Origin: an uncultured Verrucomicrobiae bacterium | Lineage (GTDB): Bacteria > Verrucomicrobiota > Verrucomicrobiia > Chthoniobacterales > Chthoniobacteraceae | Length of the DNA: 64,000 nt | Direction: 5' to 3' | NCBI GenBank assembly: GCA_963828525.1 | Contig: CAWHEP010000008.1 | Location: 448,001 to 512,000 of the forward strand | Notes under the pieces: model-generated | What the model was told of the DNA's origin: nothing | Seen by the model: the letters and a program-made list of their open reading frames with translations, nothing else | The model's database searches: none | Shown: positions 52,671-62,612 of the stretch, in pieces | Layout of the letters: every line of letters begins with the position of its first letter | Numbering within the stretch: the first letter of the stretch is position 1 | Position numbers and translations under genes: made by a program

Positions 52671-54839
52671 TCAGGGATTCTTCTGGTCGAGAACGGCAGC
52701 GAGCACCTGAGCGGGAACCTGCTCGAAATGCGAAGGCTCCATTGAATAAGCGGCGCGTCCCTTGGACAGCGAACGGATGGCGGTCGCATAGCCAAACATT
52801 TCGGCGAGAGGCACCTCTGCATTACAATGGGTCGCGATTCCCTTGGTTTCGATGCTTATGATTTTACCGCGCCGACGATTTAGATCGCCGAGAATGTCAC
52901 CCTGATATTCATCCGGGGTGATACATTCCACCTTCATAATGGGCTCGAGAAGGATAGGCTTTGCCTTTTTGAAGCCATCTTTCATGGCGAAAATTGCAGC
53001 CATCTTGAACGCGAGTTCGTTGGAGTCGACGTCGTGGTAAGAGCCGTCAATAATCTGAACGTCGACATCAATTACGGGATACCCTCCCACGACACCGTTC
53101 AGCACGGCCTCTTCAATACCCTTCTTGCACGCGGGAATGTATTCCTTCGGAATGGTTCCGCCGACAACCTTGTTCTCTATTGTCAGACCTTTGCCACGTT
53201 CGCTGGGGGCGACGTTCACAATAACGTGACCGTACTGTCCACGACCGCCGGATTGCTTGATCAGCTTGCCTTCGCCTGTCGCGGCCAGGGTGATTGTTTC
53301 GCGGTAAGCGATCTGAGGTTTGCCAGCGTTTGCGTCCACCTTGAACTCCCGGAACATGCGATCCCGGATAATCTCGAGATGAAGCTCGCCCATTCCGGCG
53401 ATGATTGTCTGACCAGTATCCTCGTTTGTGAAGACGCGGAAGGTTGGATCTTCTTCAGCGAGACGCTGAAGGGCGTTGGACATTTTTTCCTGATCGAGCT
53501 TTGTCTTCGGCTCGATGGCCATGGAGATAACGGGGTCGGGGAAGGAAGGTGGCTCAAGAAGGATTGGATGATCCTCATCGCAGAGAGTGTCTCCCGTCGT
53601 AAGGTTCTTGATGCCGACGATTGCAGCGATGTCCCCCGCGTAACAGGTGTCGATGTCGGTGCGCTTATCCGCCTGAATCTGAATGAGGCGGCTGATGCGC
53701 TCGCGTTTGTTTGTGCGCGGATTATAAACAGTGTCGCCCTTGGAGAGGGTGCCGGAATATACGCGGAAGAAAACAAGCTTGCCTACGAACGGATCGCTCC
53801 AAAGTTTGAATGCAAGGGAACAGAAAGTGCCATTATCGTCGGTGGGCGCGTCAATCTTTTCGCCAGTATCAGGGTTCTGGCCGACGGCAGCCGGGATGTC
53901 GAGAGGGCTCGGGAGATAATCGACAACCGCGTCAATGAGGTACTGAACACCCTTATTTTTAAGAGCGGTGCCGGCGACTACCGGAACGAACTTGTTGGCG
54001 ATTGTCTGGCGGCGAATGCCCGCCTTGAGAGCCTGGATCGTAATCGGCTTCTCCTCCAGGAAGAGCATTCCCACTTCCTCATCCAGATCGGCGATGACGC
54101 CGACCAGATTAGCGTAGGCCTCATCAGCCGCATCCTGCTCTTCGGCGGGAATGTCGGTGATCTGGTAGGTCGAACCAAAATCATCGCTGTCCGCGTAAAG
54201 GATGGCCTTTTTGTTGATGATATCGATCTGACCTTTGAAGGTGTCTTCCTTGCCAACCGGGAGCAAGACCGGCCACGCGTTGGCGCCGAGCTTCTTGCGC
54301 ATGTCGTCGATGGCGTTCGCGAAATTTGCTCCGACGCGATCCATCTTATTAATGAAGGCAATGCGAGGAACGTTATACTTGTTGGCCTGACGCCAGACAG
54401 TCTCGGACTGTGGCTGGACTCCAGCAACAGCGTCAAAAACAGCAATGGCCCCATCCAGCACGCGAAGGGAACGCTCGACCTCAGCGGTGAAGTCCACGTG
54501 TCCGGGAGTGTCGATGATATTGATACGCTGCTTGATGCCTTCGAAAGTCTTGTAGACCCCCTCCTCGGGGCGTTGCATCCATGAACAGGTGGTCGCGGCG
54601 GAGGTGATGGTGATGCCGCGTTCGCGCTCCTGCTCCATCCAATCGGTAACTGTGGTGCCGTCATGCACCTCACCGATCTTGTGGATCATGCCGGTGTAGA
54701 AAAGGACACGCTCGGTGAGCGTCGTCTTGCCCGCGTCGATGTGAGCGGCGATCCCGATGTTACGGGTTCTCTCCAGAGGGAAGTCGCGATCTGGCGAATT
54801 CGGGTTGGACACAGGCTTGGTTTCGAGGGTGGCTGACAT
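52671..54839 (-). CDS. fusA: Elongation factor G
   Basis: [43 protein letters not shown]. Confidence 0.98.
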   Translation of the reverse strand: MSATLETKPVSNPNSPDRDFPLERTRNIGIAAHIDAGKTTLTERVLFYTGMIHKIGEVHDGTTVTDWMEQERERGITITSAATTCSWMQRPEEGVYKTFEGIKQRINIIDTPGHVDFTAEVERSLRVLDGAIAVFDAVAGVQPQSETVWRQANKYNVPRIAFINKMDRVGANFANAIDDMRKKLGANAWPVLLPVGKEDTFKGQIDIINKKAILYADSDDFGSTYQITDIPAEEQDAADEAYANLVGVIADLDEEVGMLFLEEKPITIQALKAGIRRQTIANKFVPVVAGTALKNKGVQYLIDAVVDYLPSPLDIPAAVGQNPDTGEKIDAPTDDNGTFCSLAFKLWSDPFVGKLVFFRVYSGTLSKGDTVYNPRTNKRERISRLIQIQADKRTDIDTCYAGDIAAIVGIKNLTTGDTLCDEDHPILLEPPSFPDPVISMAIEPKTKLDQEKMSNALQRLAEEDPTFRVFTNEDTGQTIIAGMGELHLEIIRDRMFREFKVDANAGKPQIAYRETITLAATGEGKLIKQSGGRGQYGHVIVNVAPSERGKGLTIENKVVGGTIPKEYIPACKKGIEEAVLNGVVGGYPVIDVDVQIIDGSYHDVDSNELAFKMAAIFAMKDGFKKAKPILLEPIMKVECITPDEYQGDILGDLNRRRGKIISIETKGIATHCNAEVPLAEMFGYATAIRSLSKGRAAYSMEPSHFEQVPAQVLAAVLDQKNP

Positions 54840-54847
54840 TTTCTCGG

Positions 54848-55321
54848 TTACCATCTAAAGTGAGCAAAGGCGCGATTTGCCTGCGCCATCTTGTGGGTAT
54901 CGTCGCGCTTTTTGATGGCGCTCCCCTGCCCTGCCGCGGCGTCTTTGAGTTCACCGGCCAGAGCGTCCATCATGGGCACGTTTTTACGGGATTGCGCGTA
55001 ATTGACGATCCAGCGCATCGCGAGGGAAATCTGCCGCGAGGACGGAACTTCCATCGGCACCTGGTAGGTGGCGCCGCCAACACGCCGGGATTTTACTTCC
55101 AGGCGGGGCTTCACGTTATCGAGCGCCTTGTGGAGAGTTTCGAGAGGATCAACGGCATCAGTGCCCTGGCGGGACTTCTCGATGGCGGTATAGACGATGC
55201 GCTCCGCGAGCGACTTTTTACCGTCCTGCATGACGGTGCTGATGAGTTGAGCCACAACAGGGCTGCCGTAACGGCCATCCAGCTTGGCGATCTTCTTATA
55301 AACTTTGCGTCTGCGAGACAT
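54848..55321 (-). CDS. rpsG: 30S ribosomal protein S7
   Basis: [27 protein letters not shown]. Confidence 0.98.
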   Translation of the reverse strand: MSRRRKVYKKIAKLDGRYGSPVVAQLISTVMQDGKKSLAERIVYTAIEKSRQGTDAVDPLETLHKALDNVKPRLEVKSRRVGGATYQVPMEVPSSRQISLAMRWIVNYAQSRKNVPMMDALAGELKDAAAGQGSAIKKRDDTHKMAQANRAFAHFRW

Positions 55322-55327
55322 ACGTTT

Positions 55328-55741
55328 TTACTTTTTCTTCTTTTTGTCGCCCGCATCCGCTGCGGCGCCGGGCTTGGGACGCTTCGCTCCGTATTTGGAA
55401 CGGCTCCGGCGGCGGCCGTCTACTCCAAGACTGTCGAGGGTGCCTCTAACTATATGGTACCGCACTCCCGGGAGATCCTTTACGCGTCCGCCGCGAACGA
55501 GGACGATGGAATGCTCCTGCAAATTGTGACCCTCACCCGGAATGTAGGCGATGACTTCCTGGCCATTCGTCAAACGAACCTTGGCGACTTTGCGGAGCGC
55601 GGAGTTGGGCTTCTTTGGAGTCCGGGTCATGACCTGGACGCAAACGCCACGCCGCTGCGGGCAGTTATTGAGCGCCGGTGATTTGGATTTCACCGTCACT
55701 TTCTTGCGTCCTTTTCGAACAAGTTGATTGATCGTGGGCAT
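55328..55741 (-). CDS. rpsL: 30S ribosomal protein S12
   Basis: [30 protein letters not shown]. Confidence 0.98.
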   Translation of the reverse strand: MPTINQLVRKGRKKVTVKSKSPALNNCPQRRGVCVQVMTRTPKKPNSALRKVAKVRLTNGQEVIAYIPGEGHNLQEHSIVLVRGGRVKDLPGVRYHIVRGTLDSLGVDGRRRSRSKYGAKRPKPGAAADAGDKKKKK

Positions 55742-55830
55742 TAAATAAGTTTCTCGCTGGTTCCTTTGAGTCCCGCGTCCGGGAAAAAACCGCCCCGTGG
55801 GCGTGAGTCCCACCGGATGCGGGGAGGCGA

Positions 55831-55875
55831 ACTATAGGAAAAACGAAGGGCTGCGCAAGTTTAATTTAAAATAAA
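55831..55875 (-). promoter_or_regulatory. Candidate sigma70 promoter of the str operon
   Basis: Minus strand TTGCGC (55853-55858)-N16-TATAGT (55831-55836) with an AT-rich upstream tract. Confidence 0.55.
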
Positions 55876-55950
55876 CGCATGGGGGAATTTTTAACCACGA
55901 TGGTACCGATTGGCACGGGATGGGGACGGAGGGAGATGGAAGGCAGGGCG

Positions 55951-56565
55951 AATTCGTCACTGTGACGAATTTGGAAGCGGTCGGTTGGATTCCGGATTTT
56001 AAGGCGGAGGCGCAGAGACGAGGATTTTTAGCCACAGATTTCACGGATTTACGCAGATTGGAGAAAGAGGGATGGGGTCGGGGGGATTTCAAATTCGTCA
56101 CTGTGACGAATTTGGAGGCGGTGGGAGAAACGGGTTGGATTCCGATCTCTAACCACTGATGGCACTGATTTACGCGGATGGGGGGAGGAGAAGATTTTGA
56201 CGCGGAGGGGAGAAAGGGGAACAAGATGGGATTTTTAAGCCACAGATTTCACGGATTTACGCAGATTGGAGAAAGGCGAAGTGCAACTTCGAAGACAATG
56301 GCGCTCCCAAGCGCAACTTGGGAACGAGGGGCGGGGGGGCGGAAAAGAGGGAGGGGAGTCAGGACAAATTCGTCATTGTGACGAATTTGGGAGCGGCGGG
56401 GGAGACGGGATTCGGTGGATTGGGAGAAGGCATTGAGGTTTGAGCGCCATACTTTTTCCTCATTGCCTGGTCGTGACGCTCGAAGGCTTCGAGGAGTCTT
56501 TGGTGAAGAGGATGAGACTCGAGGCGCGGCAGTTTCAGACCAAATTCGTCACTGTGACGAATTTG
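55951..56565. repeat. Four copies of the palindrome (CA)AATTCGTCAC-T-GTGACGAATT(TG)
   Basis: Copies at 55951-55971, 56090-56114, 56365-56389 (one mismatch) and 56541-56565. Confidence 0.95.
56022..56275. repeat. ~46-bp direct repeat GGATTTTTA(A)GCCACAGATTTCACGGATTTACGCAGATTGGAGAAAG
   Basis: Copies at 56022-56067 and 56229-56275; degenerate relatives near 55894 and 56151. Confidence 0.9.
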
Positions 56566-57165
56566 AGGGTTTGCGGGACTTTGAATGACAGGCGCGGGTC
56601 CGGCAGCAGGCAGCTCGCCGAGCTGAGGGGCGGAATCTGGCAGGGCGTCTTCCTGCGCTTCCGCTTTACGGACCCAATCCGCTTTTGCCTTCTCCATGGC
56701 AGCGCCGAAGTTGCAGAGTTCAGCATGGGAGTAGGAATGCATGTCCGCAAGAACGCGCCTGGAGATCGATTTCAACACCCGGTTTGTTCGACGCGTAGCG
56801 AAATCAAGTCTGCGGCGGCGCCTGACCGGCAGCGCCGCCAGGCACCGGTAGGCTTCGGAAAGGGTGAATGTGAAGGAGTTATTGAGTTTGCTCTCGAAGG
56901 AGGCGCGGCGGAGGTAAAGTTCGACGTAACGCTCGGCGGTTCGAACGGAGAAAATGAACCTTGTTCTTACGTAAGGGAGCCATTCACCCTGTTGAAAATG
57001 CGGCCTGATTTCGACGAGGCGCTGGCCGATGAGGATGGCATCCTGGACGGAGCGTTTCGCGCGGGTGAAAAGATCGGCGTGCAAGGCGTTGATTTCATCG
57101 GCGTACTGCTCGACGGGGATGGAACTCTGCGGATCTGAATGGGTAATAGAAACGCAATTGGACAT
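56359..57165 (-). CDS. DUF3102-like putative DNA-binding protein (C-terminal part low-complexity and uncertain)
   Basis: ADEINALH..AILIGQRLVEIR..GEWLPYV..FSVRTAERYVELY..LSEAY pattern. Confidence 0.7.
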   Translation of the reverse strand: MSNCVSITHSDPQSSIPVEQYADEINALHADLFTRAKRSVQDAILIGQRLVEIRPHFQQGEWLPYVRTRFIFSVRTAERYVELYLRRASFESKLNNSFTFTLSEAYRCLAALPVRRRRRLDFATRRTNRVLKSISRRVLADMHSYSHAELCNFGAAMEKAKADWVRKAEAQEDALPDSAPQLGELPAAGPAPVIQSPANPQIRHSDEFGLKLPRLESHPLHQRLLEAFERHDQAMRKKYGAQTSMPSPNPPNPVSPAAPKFVTMTNLS

Positions 57166-57186
57166 AATTCGCTCGGGTGAAAGTTA

Positions 57187-57215
57187 AGGATGGCAGGGTG
57201 ACGTCCACCTGTCAA
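57187..57215 (-). promoter_or_regulatory. Candidate sigma70 promoter present in each tandem unit (also near 58244 and 59299)
   Basis: Minus strand TTGACA-N17-CATCCT, 21 nt upstream of the DUF3102 ATG. Confidence 0.6.
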
Positions 57216-57431
57216 GGTGTTTTTGGATTTTGGGAGGGAGCGGCAACGAGGGTGGTTGATCGCGGGACCGACGCATCGGCGAAGCTTCCGTGCCTCCAGC
57301 GGGTTTGCGGATGGGGAGGGGCATCTGCAGGGCATTTGTCAAACGCCCCTCCCGGATGCCTCGGCGAGGCTCTCTATCCAACGCGGGCGCCGCGATGCCG
57401 GGACCGACAGCCCAAATATTTCGGGAGGACG

Positions 57432-57912
57432 CTAAAAGTCCCCATAAAGCTTTTTCAGGGCGCGCAAGTCCTGAGCCTTTAATTTGTCAAAAGAGGACGC
57501 CATCACATCTGGAGCATTATAGACAGCCAGCTTCCGGCGCGCCCCGAACGTCGCCACGATAATCAGCGTGCCATTCCACCCTCCCTCGAACTTGACGGGA
57601 TTATCGGGGCCGCTCACGGTCGTGAGATTGATGTACAAATAACTAAAGTGTGGATCGTCCTTGAAAATCGCGACGCTGATGCCCGCTATGCACTTTGCTT
57701 TGAGAACGCTAAGAATGACTTTTTCTACGTCGGGGGGGAGGCGTAACAGTGGATTCAGAGCGCTGTAAGGCATCAACTCGCCGGAACTCCGTTCGAAGCT
57801 CGCTTGCTCGTCAAGCGAGTTAAAGTTACTCTGGACGCGCTGAAGCGCTCTCCGCTTGGCCTAAGAGAGCGAAGCAGGCCAGCGCGAGGCAGGCGGAAGA
57901 ATGGGAAGGCAT
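57432..57912 (-). CDS. Putative exported immunity protein, allele 1 (apparent frameshift near 57825)
   Basis: Signal-like MPSHSSACLALACFALLGQAESASA; starts 4 nt after a toxin-like tail; ~160 aa. Confidence 0.55.
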
Positions 57913-57916
57913 TGTT

Positions 57917-58222
57917 CTATTCAAAGAGATGGGTCGAGAAGCCGTTGACATTCAAGATGAGGTTAAAGTCCTTCGTATTTGGTGAATGGACTTCGCCGAT
58001 GAGGGTGTTTTCCCAACCAGGGTTTGGCGAATGGCCGCTGTATTGGTCGATTGCGTTCATCAGGTGACCGGCCTCGTGTGCTACGACCAGATCCGTAGAG
58101 TTGACGGAGCGTTTCGCGCGGGCGAAAAGATCAGCGTGCAAGGCGTTGATTTCATCGGCGTACTGCTCGACGGGGATGGAACTCTGCGGATCTGAATGGG
58201 TAATAGAAACGCAATTGGACAT
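57917..58222 (-). pseudogene. Junction chimera: DUF3102 N-terminus fused in frame to an HExxH metallopeptidase-like tail
   Basis: First 40 codons match 56359-57165 except for one substitution, then NSTDLVVAHEAGHLMNAIDQY... Confidence 0.75.
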
Positions 58223-58488
58223 AATTCGCTCGGGTGAAAGTTAAGGATGGCAGGGTGACGCCCACCTGTCAAGGTGTTTTTGGATTTTGGGAGGGAGCGG
58301 CAACGAGGGTGGTTGATCGCGGGACCGACGCATCGGCGAGGCTTCCTTGCCTCCAGCGGGTTTGCGGATGGGGAGGGGCATCTGCAGGGCATTTGTCAAA
58401 CGCCCCTCCCGGATGCCTCGGCGAGGCTCTCTATCCAACGCGGGCGCCGCGATGCCGGGACCGATAGCCTAAATATTCCGGGAGGACG

Positions 58489-58967
58489 CTAAAAGTCCCC
58501 ATAAAGCTTCTGCATGTCCCGCAAGTCCTCCGCCTTGAACTTGTCAAAGGTGGGTGCAATTATCTTGTCAGTCTCATAAACCGCCAGCTTCCTATGTTCG
58601 CCGAAGGTCGCGGCGATGATCAAGGAGCCATTCCAACCTCCCTCGAACTTGACGGGATTATCGGGCGGCTCACGGTAGTGAGGGTGACATACAAGTAGCT
58701 AAAGTGCAGATCGCTTTTGAAGATCGCGAGGCTGATGCCCGCTATGCACTTTGCTTTGAGAACGCTAAGAATGACTTTTTCTACGTCGGGGGGGAGGCGT
58801 AACAGTGGATTCAGAGCGCTGTAAGGCATCAACTCGCCGGAACTCCGTTCGAAGCTCGCTTGCTCGTCAAGCGAGTTAAATAACTCTGGACGCGCTGAAG
58901 CGCTCTCCGCTTGGCCTAAGAGAGCGAAGCAGGCCAGCGCGAGGCAGGCGGAAGAATGGGAAGGCAT
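58489..58967 (-). CDS. Putative exported immunity protein, allele 2 (apparent frameshift near 58665)
   Basis: 5' half matches allele 1; 3' half divergent but alignable, ending QKLYGDF. Confidence 0.55.
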
Positions 58968-58971
58968 TGTT

Positions 58972-59277
58972 CTATTCAAAGAGATGGGTCGAGAAGCCGT
59001 TGACATTCAAGATGAGGTTAAAGTCCTTCGTATTTGGTGAATGGACTTCGCCGATGAGGGTGTTTTCCCAACCAGGGTTTGGCGAATGGCCGCTGTATTG
59101 GTCGATTGCGTTCATCAGGTGACCGGCCTCGTGTGCTACGACCAGATCCGTAGAGTTGACGGAGCGTTTCGCGCGGGCGAAAAGATCAGCGTGCAAGGCG
59201 TTGATTTCATCGGCGTACTGCTCGACGGGGATGGAACTCTGCGGATCTGAATGGGTAATAGAAACGCAGTTGGACAT
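58972..59277 (-). pseudogene. Second copy of the DUF3102::HExxH chimera
   Basis: Translation identical to 57917-58222. Confidence 0.75.
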
Positions 59278-59542
59278 AATTCGCTCGGGTGAAAGTTAAG
59301 GATGGCAGGGTGACGTCCACCTGTCAAGGTGTTTTTGGATTTTGGGAGGAGCGGCAACGAGGGTGGTTGATCGCGGGACCGACGCATCGGCGAGGCTTCC
59401 TTGCCTCCAGCGGGTTTGCGGATGGGGAGGGGCATCTGCAGGGCATTTGTCAAACGCCCCTCCCGGATGCCTCGGCGAGGCTCTCTATCCAACGCGGGCG
59501 CCGCGATGCCGGGACCGATAGCCTAAATATTTCGGGAGGACG

Positions 59543-59731
59543 CTAAAAGTCCCCATAAAGCTTTTTCAGGGCGCGCAAGTCCTGGGCCTTTAATTTGTCA
59601 AAAGAGGACGCCATCACATCTGGAGCATTATAGACAGCCAGCTTCCGGCGCGCCCCGAACGTCGCCACGATAATCAGCGTGCCATTCCACCCTCCCTCGA
59701 ACTTGACGGGATTATCGGGGCCGCTCACGGT
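59543..59731 (-). pseudogene. 3' fragment of immunity allele 1
   Basis: TVSGPDNPVKFEGGWNG...KLYGDF, joined at 59731 to an esterase fragment. Confidence 0.75.
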
Positions 59732-60215
59732 TCCACAGCGCGAACCGATGCGCGAAATGGGCGCCGGCGGAAAAACCGAAGATGAGGATCCTGCCGACGG
59801 TGAACTTCTCCTTGCCGGCAATTTGCTGGATTGCTGCCAGTGTCTCCCCGCCACTCCCTAGAGCCGGGTAGTAATAACCCCTCCCCTCGCGGATTTCGTC
59901 CGGTGTCGTATGAAAGCTCGGGGAAACTAAGACCACCCGTTGCTGGTCGGCAAACCGCGTCCACGCTTCCTGGCTCAGAAACATCCTCCCGTCTCCGTTA
60001 AAGCCCGGCACCAAAAGCAGGAGACCGACCGAGCCTTGGGGCTCTTTTCCTGCGTGCAGCTTCTCCGGGAAGCGGTAGAAAAAGCTGACCCGGCCACTTG
60101 CCCCCGGAGTCGGGGAGACAGGCGCTTCCTGGATCGATCCGGCCAGCCCGTTCCCCTCGCCTACGATCACAGCAAGCAGCGCAAGCGTCACCCGTCGAAG
60201 AACCGATATCAACAT
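59732..60215 (-). pseudogene. 5' part of an exported alpha/beta-hydrolase (esterase-like), truncated
   Basis: Signal-like N-terminus, LLVPGFNGDG, VLVSPSF, nucleophile elbow GFSAG; no C-terminal acid/His region. Confidence 0.75.
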
Positions 60216-60321
60216 AACCCGCCTGACCTTACTGGCTGCAGACGGAGACGATCCTACCCGCGAGCGATATGAGTACGCGCCTTTAGCTTTGGTTTAAACA
60301 CTGCCCAAAGCAATGTGTCCC

Positions 60322-60903
60322 CTACCGCTCTAACAACCTGAAGCGAGGCCCATACTTTTTCGAGAAATAGTCGAACTCAGCAAGCCCCTGATAGGCACCG
60401 CCCGCATATCCGACGCTTCTTCCTGTTAGTGACAGGACTTCACCGGGGCCTCTCTCCAATGGGTACAGTATCTTACAGCGTCTCGGGTTAGTCGCTTTAG
60501 GGATCGTCCATCCGCCAAAACGCGGAGATGTGGAAACGTCGCCTTCCTCAGGAACATTAAAGTAATACCGGTTAAATACATAAATTTTTCCCCATGCATC
60601 GTCTCTCGCATCATTTGGATGGCTCGCATTTAACAGCTTCCATTTTTCCTGACTTCTTGAAAGAAAGCCCTGCACGAAGCGTCTCGCGTCTTCCTCTCGC
60701 ACCGGTCTGAACTTCCTTATAATCGCCATCAATTTCGGTCCTTGTGCGGTTATGTTGGTTTCCATCATTCCGTTCCAAGAGGGCGCCGCATCCAATTCGT
60801 TACTCAAATGTTTAACGGGATCGCCAGCTAACTGGCCCCTGCCCGGATTACCGGTAACCAAAAGGATGATGACAACCGTACTAAAAACAAATCGACAGTT
60901 CAT
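60322..60903 (-). CDS. Putative exported immunity protein
   Basis: 193 aa, signal-like N-terminus, AAGGA RBS, visibly AT-richer, directly after a toxin tail. Confidence 0.6.
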   Translation of the reverse strand: MNCRFVFSTVVIILLVTGNPGRGQLAGDPVKHLSNELDAAPSWNGMMETNITAQGPKLMAIIRKFRPVREEDARRFVQGFLSRSQEKWKLLNASHPNDARDDAWGKIYVFNRYYFNVPEEGDVSTSPRFGGWTIPKATNPRRCKILYPLERGPGEVLSLTGRSVGYAGGAYQGLAEFDYFSKKYGPRFRLLER

Positions 60904-60920
60904 TCGCGCCGTTCCTTAAT

Positions 60921-61199
60921 TCACTCCCAGGTCATCGTCAGCACGTGATTATAGGTATTGCGATCAGTCCAAACATCAGGCTCTGTAGTGGTGGAATTGA
61001 GGTCGAGAGCATTGAACACATACGCCCCCAGCGCCTTGCTATATGGCTTCCCGGTATAGCGTATATCCTCCGGCGCGAGCGTGGTTACGCGGAGCTTGCC
61101 GTTCATTTCGGGCGCTTCCGTCGAAGCCGCATGCGCGGCGGTTGCTCCTAGGGCGGCGAGCCCCAGGAGAATGGCGATGATGTGTTTCATTGTTTTCAT
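60921..61199 (-). pseudogene. Signal peptide + Rhs core start, internally deleted and fused to a 28-aa tail
   Basis: MKTMKHIIAILLGLAALGATAAHA..RYTGKPYSKALGAYVFNA then LDLNSTT..MTWE; lacks the REYDP..DPSG..DSTGL segment of the intact copy. Confidence 0.75.
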
Positions 61200-61660
61200 G
61201 GTGTCTTTCCTGTTTGCGGCTGGAGGCTCGTTTGTGATGGAAAACCGGCGCCTCCAGCGGCGCGGGCTTTCCGGGTTGTGGCGCAACCGTCCTCGGTTTG
61301 CCAAAAGCTGTCAGCGGAGTGATCCGCAATTCGGTGTCGGACACGACGGCAAGCGTCGTCCCAAGCAGGTCGTTTATATCGTAGCTTGTGTGTCCATCCT
61401 TGATTCTGGCGATGCAGGAGCCGCCATTTACGTGGGGTTCGATCACGTCGTATTCTCCATTCACATAAATGAGGGCGAGGCCGTCCCAGAGATAATCCTC
61501 CACTGTTTCCGGAGGGCGGCCCGGGCTCTTCACGACTTGCCCGATAGCAAGCTGTCCGTCGGGCCAGTACTCGAAGGTGTTCGAGGAGCCGTCCGGTTGC
61601 GTGATCGCAAGAGCCTTGTCGAGGTAGCCGTAGCGATGCACCGCCTTTTGCTGCCCAACT
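61196..61660 (-). pseudogene. 3' fragment of an Rhs/YD-repeat shell gene
   Basis: YGYLDKALAITQPDGSSNTFEYWPDGQL, YLWDGLALI, DLLGTTL, LTAFG. Confidence 0.75.
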
Positions 61661-62089
61661 GAACTTCTCCTTGCCGGCAATTTGCTGGATTGCCGCCAGT
61701 GTCTCCGCGCCACTCCCAAGAGCCGGGTAGTAATAACCCCTGCCCGCGCGAATTTCGTCCACGGTCGTATGAAAGCTCGGGGAAACTAACACCACCCCTT
61801 GCTGGTCGGCAAACCGCGTCCCCGCTTCCTGGCTCAGAAACTTCCTCCCGTCTCCGTTAAAGCCCGGCACCAAAAGCAGGACACTGACCGACGTCCCCGG
61901 TTCCCTTCCGCGCGCTTTCTCCTGAAAGCGATAGTAAAAGTCCACCTGCCCACGAGCATCCGGACGCACGGCTACGGGGGCCTCCCGCGTCTCTCCGGCC
62001 AGCCCATTCCTCCCGCATGCAATGAGAACTAGCAGCGTGAAAAGTGGCGCTCTCCGTAGAAGCGATATCAACACGATGAGCCTGACCAC
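61660..62089 (-). pseudogene. 5' part of a second esterase allele, truncated before GFSAG
   Basis: Aligns with 59801-60215; out-of-frame junction to the Rhs fragment after KEKF. Confidence 0.75.
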
Positions 62090-62121
62090 GCCCTGACGTT
62101 TGACCCCTTTATAAGTGGCCT

Positions 62122-62604
62122 TTATTTGTCAAAAGAATATTGCACCCCAACTCTCAAGAGTTGCAACGTGGTGATTCGCATTACCTCCTTTGCGGCTAGA
62201 GGGATAATCGGCGCAATTACCGTGTCGCCCCCGACATATGAAGCGCTACCGTCCTCCATGATATTTAGAATGGATGAGGTGTTCTCATTCACAGTCAGCT
62301 TGTCTCTCTCAAAATACTCGAATAAAAACTTGGGCATTTTTCCCCCGACCGCAGGTACTTGGTGCGCCAAAACGATCTTCTCACCCATTTTCAGCCGCGC
62401 CATAATTTTTTGGTCATTGTTAATCGTTATTATCAAAAAGCACGGCCTAGTACCGCAATTCTTGATATAGGCTCCATACTCCATTAACTCGTTCCCGCCG
62501 CCGCGCTCCTTCTTTTCGAGCGCAGAAGATTCTGATCCCTTTAGCGGCACAACGCATGCAATGATCTGAGCGCAGACCAAAGCAAACCACAGTATCGTTC
62601 TCAT
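62122..62604 (-). CDS. Putative exported immunity protein
   Basis: ~160 aa, signal-like MRTILWFALVCAQIIACVVPLKG, AT-richer, 8 nt after the toxin stop. Confidence 0.6.
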   Translation of the reverse strand: MRTILWFALVCAQIIACVVPLKGSESSALEKKERGGGNELMEYGAYIKNCGTRPCFLIITINNDQKIMARLKMGEKIVLAHQVPAVGGKMPKFLFEYFERDKLTVNENTSSILNIMEDGSASYVGGDTVIAPIIPLAAKEVMRITTLQLLRVGVQYSFDK

Positions 62605-62612
62605 CCACGTTA

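Larger units (their letters stand above)
57046..59731. repeat. Tandem amplification, ~1056-bp unit, ~2.5 copies
   Basis: Unit start GACGGAGCGTTTCGCGCG at 57046, 58103 and 59158; homology ends at 59731. Confidence 0.95.

Noticed and set aside
55832..56224. 130-aa ORF with repeated KFVTVTN
   Set aside because: It is a translation of the palindrome and repeat patch and overlaps the rpsL promoter; probably non-coding.
55951..56565. Palindromic repeats as a CRISPR array
   Set aside because: Spacing is irregular and long (about 140, 275 and 175 bp), two copies lie in an ORF, and there are no cas genes.
57432..58967. Divergent patch as a diversity-generating retroelement TR/VR pair
   Set aside because: Differences are not adenine-specific, many are synonymous, and no reverse transcriptase is in the window.
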